From Candidatus Omnitrophota bacterium (GTDB lineage Bacteria > Omnitrophota > Omnitrophia > Omnitrophales > Aquincolibacteriaceae): a stretch of DNA of 62,858 bases. Below are positions 58,397-62,858 of this stretch, piece after piece. The translations under genes were made by a program, and so were the position numbers. The stretch spans positions 1-62,858 of the forward strand of contig JBAYVF010000008.1 of the NCBI GenBank assembly GCA_041674705.1, read 5' to 3'. Each line of letters starts with the position of its first letter. The first letter of the stretch is position 1. The notes below the pieces were generated by a model, which saw nothing but the letters and a program-made list of their open reading frames with translations, did no database searches and was not told the DNA's origin.

Positions 58397-60058
58397 ATGA
58401 AATCCAAACTCGAAATCCTCATCAATTCCGTGGTCGACGCATATTGCAGCCAGCAGGGCGCTGCAAAGCCCGAGGGCTTTGCGTATGACCTCCATCCTCC
58501 CAAAGACAGCCAGCACGGGGACCTTTCGTGCAATGTCGCGTTCCGGCTCGCAAAAGTCACACGTCAAAAGCCCGCCGAGATCGCTGACGGATTGATCAAG
58601 TTGCTTGAGCAAAAGCCCGCCAAGGATTCCCCGGTCGAAAAAACGGAGATCGCCGGCGGGGGATTCATCAATTTCTACCTGACAAAGTCAGGTCTCGGCG
58701 CAGTACTCCTCGAAATCCATAAGCAGGACAAGCATTACGGCCGTTCCGATTTCGGAAAAGGCAAAAAGGCCATCCTGGAATTTGTGAGTGCCAATCCCAC
58801 GGGGCCGCTCACGATCGCGCACGGCCGCCAGGCTGCGATCGGGGATTGTCTGGCGCGCATCCTCAAGTTCACAGGCCATGCGGTGCATTCGGAATATTAT
58901 CTGAACGATGCCGGTCGCCAGATGCGGATGCTGGCTCAAAGCGTCTGGGTCCGCTACAACGAACTTTTGGGAATGGAGATGCCGTTCCCCGAGGAAGGTT
59001 ATCAGGGGGATTATGTCCGCGAGATTGCGCGCGATATTATTGAAAAGGAAAAGAAGGATTCACTCCTTAAAGATCCTGAAGCAAAGGCGGTCGAATATTG
59101 CGGGCTTTATGCGGTCAAGTATCTGATGGGCACGATCGAAGCGGATCTTGCCAAAATGCGGGTTCACTTCGATCATTTTTTCAGCGAGAAGACGCTTTAT
59201 GCCAAAAATGAAGTGGAGCACGCGCTCGGGGTTCTGAAAGAAAAGGGCTATCTTTATGAAAGCGAGGGCGCGCTTTGGTTCCGTTCGACAGATCTTGGGG
59301 ATGATAAGGATCGAGTGGTCAAAAAATCCACGGGGGAATATACGTATTTGGCGCCGGATATTGCGTACCATCTTTCCAAGTACGAACGCGGCTACAACAT
59401 GCTTGTTAATTTCTGGGGGCCGGACCACCACGGCTATATCCCGCGCCTCAAGGCCGCTTGCCAGGTGCTGGGTTATCCTCCGGAAGCCATTCATATCGGG
59501 ATCGTTCAGCTGACCACGCTTTTCAGGAAGGGACAGCCGGTCCGGATGTCCACGCGTGCCGGGGAATTCGTGACGCTCAAGGAACTTTATGACGAAGTGG
59601 GCGTGGACGCAACGCGATTTTTCTTTGTAATGCGCCGCCAGGAAAGTCATCTGGATTTTGATCTCGATCTCGCCAAAGAGCAATCGCAGGAGAATCCCGT
59701 TTTTTATCTGCAGTACGCCCATGCCAGGATCGCGAGTCTTGCGAAGTATGCCGAGCAGGGGATCACGACAAAGGTAGATCTGAAACTTCTTGCGACGCCG
59801 GAAGAAGCCGAGCTGATCGGTTGTCTTTCGCAATTTTCCGAATATCTCATTCAGGCGAGCCGTTCGACCGAGCCGTACCGCTTAGCGGATTATTTGCGTC
59901 AGGTGGCGGCGTGCTTTCATAAGTTCTACAGTCATCACCGCATTGTTACCGAAGACAAAGAGCTGACCAAGGCGCGTCTTCTGTTGGCCGATGCCACCCG
60001 CATCGTCCTCCGCAACGGCCTCGAGCTTCTCGGCATCTCCCAACCGGAGAGTATGTAG
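58397..60058 (+). CDS. argS: Arginine--tRNA ligase
   Basis: HGDLSCNVAF, FVSANPTGPLTIAHGR (HIGH-like), YYLNDAGRQ, TYLAPDIAYH, MSTRAG, NPVFYLQYAHARI. Start 58397 preferred because the longer 5' part is repeat-derived. Confidence 0.96.
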   Translation: MKSKLEILINSVVDAYCSQQGAAKPEGFAYDLHPPKDSQHGDLSCNVAFRLAKVTRQKPAEIADGLIKLLEQKPAKDSPVEKTEIAGGGFINFYLTKSGLGAVLLEIHKQDKHYGRSDFGKGKKAILEFVSANPTGPLTIAHGRQAAIGDCLARILKFTGHAVHSEYYLNDAGRQMRMLAQSVWVRYNELLGMEMPFPEEGYQGDYVREIARDIIEKEKKDSLLKDPEAKAVEYCGLYAVKYLMGTIEADLAKMRVHFDHFFSEKTLYAKNEVEHALGVLKEKGYLYESEGALWFRSTDLGDDKDRVVKKSTGEYTYLAPDIAYHLSKYERGYNMLVNFWGPDHHGYIPRLKAACQVLGYPPEAIHIGIVQLTTLFRKGQPVRMSTRAGEFVTLKELYDEVGVDATRFFFVMRRQESHLDFDLDLAKEQSQENPVFYLQYAHARIASLAKYAEQGITTKVDLKLLATPEEAELIGCLSQFSEYLIQASRSTEPYRLADYLRQVAACFHKFYSHHRIVTEDKELTKARLLLADATRIVLRNGLELLGISQPESM

Positions 60059-60072
60059 ATGGCAGGGGGCAA

Positions 60073-60104
60073 CCCTCTCCCTTCAGGGAGAGGGAAGGGT
60101 GAGG
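60073..60104. repeat. CCCTCTCCC/GGGAGAGGG REP-like hairpin after argS
   Basis: CCCTCTCCC-TTCA-GGGAGAGGG-AAGGGTGAGG; same family as 56667-56712. Confidence 0.75.
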
Positions 60105-60132
60105 TCGTGGTATCAAGGTTTCAGGTCTCTTT

Positions 60133-60492
60133 GTCATCCCCGAATGTTTTAATCGGGGATCCATTTTATGAATGACTTCTTTCTTTACATTCTTGCCAGC
60201 AAAAAAAACGGAACTCTTTACATTGGCGTGACGAACGATCTTGCTAAGCGGATCTATGAGCACAAGAATGATTTGGTTGAAGGGTTTACGAAGCGCTATG
60301 GAGTCCACTTTCTGGTTCATTTTGAGATAACAGATTCTATAGAAAGTGCCATTGCAAGAGAGAAGCAGCTCAAGAAGTGGAACCGCCAATGGAAGATCGA
60401 ATTGATTGAAAAGGGCAATCCGGAATGGGCGGATCTTTATCTGCGTATCGTAAATGGGGAGAAAGATGGATCCCCGCTTTCGCGGGGATGAC
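60133..60492 (+). mobile_element. Candidate autonomous element: left hairpin arm, GIY-YIG nuclease gene, right hairpin arm
   Basis: Left arm 60133-60163 GTCATCCCCGAATGTTTTAATCGGGGATCCA and right arm 60467-60492 TGGATCCCCGCTTTCGCGGGGATGAC are the two halves of the miniature elements at 38447, 57138, 61272 and 62729. Confidence 0.6.
60168..60491 (+). CDS. GIY-YIG nuclease family protein (small, standalone)
   Basis: FLYILASKKNGTLYIGVTNDLAKRIYEHK...GFTKRY...AIAREKQLKKWNRQWKIELIE..NPEW. Confidence 0.93.
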   Translation: MNDFFLYILASKKNGTLYIGVTNDLAKRIYEHKNDLVEGFTKRYGVHFLVHFEITDSIESAIAREKQLKKWNRQWKIELIEKGNPEWADLYLRIVNGEKDGSPLSRG

Positions 60493-61527
60493 ATGAAGAA
60501 AAATCCGTTGGTTCTTTTCATTGTGGGTCCTACCGCCTCAGGAAAATCAGCTCTTGCGGTCGCGCTCGCTAAAAAACTCGACGGTGAAATCCTCTCCGCG
60601 GATTCCATGCTTGTCTACAAGGGGATGGATATCGGGACCGCGAAACCCACAAAAAAAGAGCGCGGCGATATTCCGCATTACGGTCTTGACCTTATTCCGC
60701 CTACCAAAAGTTTCTCGGTTTTTGCCTACCGCCAATATGCTCTCAAGGTCCTCAAGGATATCGTCAGGCGTGGCAAGATCCCTATAGTAGCCGGGGGGAC
60801 TGGCTTTTACGTTAGGGCCCTTCTGGAGGGGCTTTCTCCTCTACCCGGCACTCATGCCGCTATACGGGCAAAGCTCGAGCGGGAGGCCCAGGCGAAGGGC
60901 TTGCCGGCCCTCTATAAACGCCTGCGTAAGTTGGACCCCCGAAGGGCCAAGGCGATCGGGCCTCACAATCAGAGGCGCATCATACGGGCTTTGGAGATCT
61001 ACCTCGCCTCAGGGAAGAAGCCTTCCGAGCCGGCTCCGAAAACGCCGGGTCTTCGGGAGCTGGGCTACAAGCCTTTTGTGATCGGCCTTCACCGGGATCG
61101 TGAGGCGCTTTATCAGAAGATCAATCAGCGCGTGGATACCATGTTCCGAAAAGGGCTCGTGCGCGAAGTGACGCGTCTTGCCCGGAAAAAACTTTCCAAA
61201 ACCGCGCTTCAAGGCGTGGGGTATAAAGAGACGCTTGATTGGATTAAAAATAAGTCGAGCAAAATACCGATGTCATTCCCGCGTGTAATAAGCGGGAATC
61301 CAGAGCGTGGATCCCCGATTAAAGCATTCGGGGATGACAAAGCGAGGGGGACTCCGGTCTCTATAAATGATGTCAAAAATACAATCAAGCAAACAACGCG
61401 GCACTTTGCGAAACGACAGTGGACCTGGTTCAAGCGTGAGAGCGGTATTTGTTGGGTCTGGTGGCCGGAAGGCGCCAGCCTGAAAAGCATTTGTGATCTT
61501 GTCATCCAAAAATTCCAGAGGCTCTAA
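60493..61527 (+). CDS. miaA: tRNA dimethylallyltransferase
   Basis: VGPTASGKS, SADSMLVYKGMDIGTAKP, GGTGFY, NQRRIIRALE, GVGYKE, TRHFAKRQWTWF. Start 60493 chosen because upstream codons are repeat-derived. Confidence 0.96.
   Translation: MKKNPLVLFIVGPTASGKSALAVALAKKLDGEILSADSMLVYKGMDIGTAKPTKKERGDIPHYGLDLIPPTKSFSVFAYRQYALKVLKDIVRRGKIPIVAGGTGFYVRALLEGLSPLPGTHAAIRAKLEREAQAKGLPALYKRLRKLDPRRAKAIGPHNQRRIIRALEIYLASGKKPSEPAPKTPGLRELGYKPFVIGLHRDREALYQKINQRVDTMFRKGLVREVTRLARKKLSKTALQGVGYKETLDWIKNKSSKIPMSFPRVISGNPERGSPIKAFGDDKARGTPVSINDVKNTIKQTTRHFAKRQWTWFKRESGICWVWWPEGASLKSICDLVIQKFQRL
61272..61338. repeat. GTCAT..ATGAC miniature element, in frame in miaA
   Basis: GTCATTCCCGCGTGTAATAAGCGGGAATCCAGAGCGTGGATCCCCGATTAAAGCATTCGGGGATGAC; near-identical to the nadE copy. 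Confidence 0.85.
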
Positions 61528-61529
61528 GA

Positions 61530-62603
61530 ATGCCACGCGATAAAGTCTGCCTCGTCATTATCAAAACCGGCGCCCGGGATCTTCCGGACCTTCGGGAGGT
61601 TTTGGAAGAAATGACAGAACTCACCGAATCGGCGCAGGGGATCGTGGTCGCGAGCCTTACGGCGAGCGTTCCGCATCCAAGTCCAAGCCATTTTATCCGC
61701 GGAGGAAAGATCGAAGAATTGCGGGAAGAGATCGCAAAGACGGGGGCGAACGTGGTGATCTTCAGCGTGGACCTGACGCCTGCCCAGGCACGGAACCTCG
61801 AGACTGAATGTGGTAAACGCGTTGTGGACCGGACGGGTCTTATTTTGGATATCTTTGCGCGGCGCGCGATCTCAAGTGATGGAAAGCTCCAGGTAGAGCT
61901 CGCGCAAATGGAATATCTTCTACCGCGACTTCTGGGACTGGGCGTGGTCCTGTCGCGTCTCGGAGGCGGGATCGGGACCCGCGGGCCTGGAGAACAAATG
62001 CGTGAGGTGGACCGTCGCAAAATCCAAAGGCGCATCGATCATATCAAGGGGCAGATCGAACATCTCCGGACGCACCGCGCGCAGATGCGCCAGGGCCGCA
62101 GGCAAAAAGGGCTCAAACAAGTCGCGATCGTTGGCTACACGAACGCCGGAAAATCCACGCTTCTGAACGCCTTGACCAAAGCGGACGCTTATGTCGAGAA
62201 CCGGCTTTTTGCGACGCTCGATCCCAAGACGCGGATCTATGAGGATGGCCGTGGTCCGGGCATTCTTTTCACCGACACCGTGGGTTTCATCCGCAATTTG
62301 CCGCACGGGCTTGTGAAGGCATTCCACGCGACACTTGAAGAAGTTCTGGATGCGGATTTGATCCTCATCGTGGTGGATGCGGCGACCGAACACGCCGTAC
62401 AGCATAAACGCGTGGTGGATGAAGTCCTCAAAGAGCTGGGCGCGGAATCCCGGCCAAGGCTTCTCACCCTTAACAAGATCGATCTTCTGGGCGATCCGGA
62501 GAAGGCCCGGATCCAGGATGTTTTTCCGGAGGCGGTGCTTATCTCGGCCACGCAAAAGCTCGGGATGCAGGAATTGATCGCAAGGGTCCGGCAAATGTTG
62601 TGA
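61530..62603 (+). CDS. hflX: Ribosome-splitting GTPase HflX
   Basis: ILDIFARRA, LQVELAQ..Y.LPRL, GGGIGTRGPGE, GYTNAGKST, LFATLDP, DTVGFIR.LP, NKID. Confidence 0.96.
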   Translation: MPRDKVCLVIIKTGARDLPDLREVLEEMTELTESAQGIVVASLTASVPHPSPSHFIRGGKIEELREEIAKTGANVVIFSVDLTPAQARNLETECGKRVVDRTGLILDIFARRAISSDGKLQVELAQMEYLLPRLLGLGVVLSRLGGGIGTRGPGEQMREVDRRKIQRRIDHIKGQIEHLRTHRAQMRQGRRQKGLKQVAIVGYTNAGKSTLLNALTKADAYVENRLFATLDPKTRIYEDGRGPGILFTDTVGFIRNLPHGLVKAFHATLEEVLDADLILIVVDAATEHAVQHKRVVDEVLKELGAESRPRLLTLNKIDLLGDPEKARIQDVFPEAVLISATQKLGMQELIARVRQML

Positions 62604-62668
62604 CACCGGGCCACCACGTCACCTGTCACCAAGCCGTTTTTTCGGTGTCATGGTGTCTTGGTGACTTG
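62600..62668. repeat. Degenerate CACC/GGTG inverted repeat (about 8-nt period) at the hflX end
   Basis: GTGACACCGGGCCACCACGTCACCTGTCACC ... GGTGTCAT GGTGTCTT GGTGACTT. Confidence 0.55.
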
Positions 62669-62728
62669 GGATCTTTATGGTACAATTTCGCCTGTTTTTC
62701 CCGCCGCACTATAACTTTATTTACACAT

Positions 62729-62788
62729 GTCATCCCCGAATGTTTTTGTCGGGGATCCAGCCTGGATTCCCGCTTTCGCGGGAATGAC
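62729..62788. repeat. GTCAT..ATGAC miniature element, intergenic
   Basis: GTCATCCCCGAATGTTTTTGTCGGGGATCCAGCCTGGATTCCCGCTTTCGCGGGAATGAC. Confidence 0.85.
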
Positions 62789-62829
62789 AAAGTTCTTGGA
62801 CCGTCATTGAATCGAGAAAGGGAACTATT

Positions 62830-62858
62830 ATGGATACATGCATGACGAGTTTGCCGAG
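62830..62858 (+). CDS. Possible start of the next gene, cut by the window edge (unidentifiable)
   Basis: GAAAGGGA upstream of the ATG at 62830; only about 9 codons visible. Confidence 0.3.

Noticed and set aside
60454-60492. Longer miaA start at 60454
   Set aside because: It overlaps the GIY-YIG gene, and the extra residues come from the repeat arm.
62600-62845. 81-aa ORF after hflX
   Set aside because: It is composed largely of two repeat elements and has no protein-like features.
1-62858. tRNA, rRNA, riboswitch or IS transposase genes
   Set aside because: None was recognised. Intergenic space is small and explained by promoters and repeats. A covariance-model search (Infernal/Rfam) of 8100-8640, 36790-37080 and 55280-55530 would be needed to exclude small RNAs.

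Overview
The window has two parts. (1) Positions ~1-55,300 hold three tandem, same-strand giant CDSs. G1 is <3-7430 (>2,470 aa; the frame is open to the left edge, so it is 5'-truncated), G2 is 8646-36596 (9,316 aa) and G3 is 37080-55280 (6,066 aa). G2 and G3 share an N-terminal signal/anchor helix plus a conserved ~500-aa H/E/R/H domain, and all three end in an amphipathic helix with a small-residue terminus (..LASA, ..AQSA, ..STAA). Between the termini lie unrelated modules. G1 has HEAT repeats and TM segments. G2 has a SecA-like ATPase, TM bundles, TolC-like helices, a Cgs/MdoH-like glucosyltransferase, and DUF218- and HIT-like domains. G3 has two radical SAM domains, GT-A, 2H phosphoesterase, SDR, ROK kinase, sugar-phosphate cyclase, two HAD and two PRTase domains. 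Module boundaries are marked by a recurring pentapeptide R-[S/A]-E-[V/M/L/I/T/A]-R (25 strict copies counted by eye, none noticed in the housekeeping genes). A hicB antitoxin and a frameshifted hicA lie between G1 and G2, and a 62-bp tandem repeat that re-copies the G2 stop region follows G2. (2) Positions ~55,500-62,600 are housekeeping genes: nadE, ogt, rsfS, argS, a GIY-YIG nuclease, miaA and hflX. Several families of small palindromic repeats are scattered across the window, often in frame inside genes (three in nadE, one in miaA, several in the giant genes). The GIY-YIG gene sits exactly between the two arms of one repeat family, suggesting an autonomous element with miniature derivatives. 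The style of the giant genes suggests Omnitrophota (inference, not verified). No rRNA, tRNA or CRISPR array was recognised. Domain calls come from motif recognition by eye and domain boundaries are approximate.
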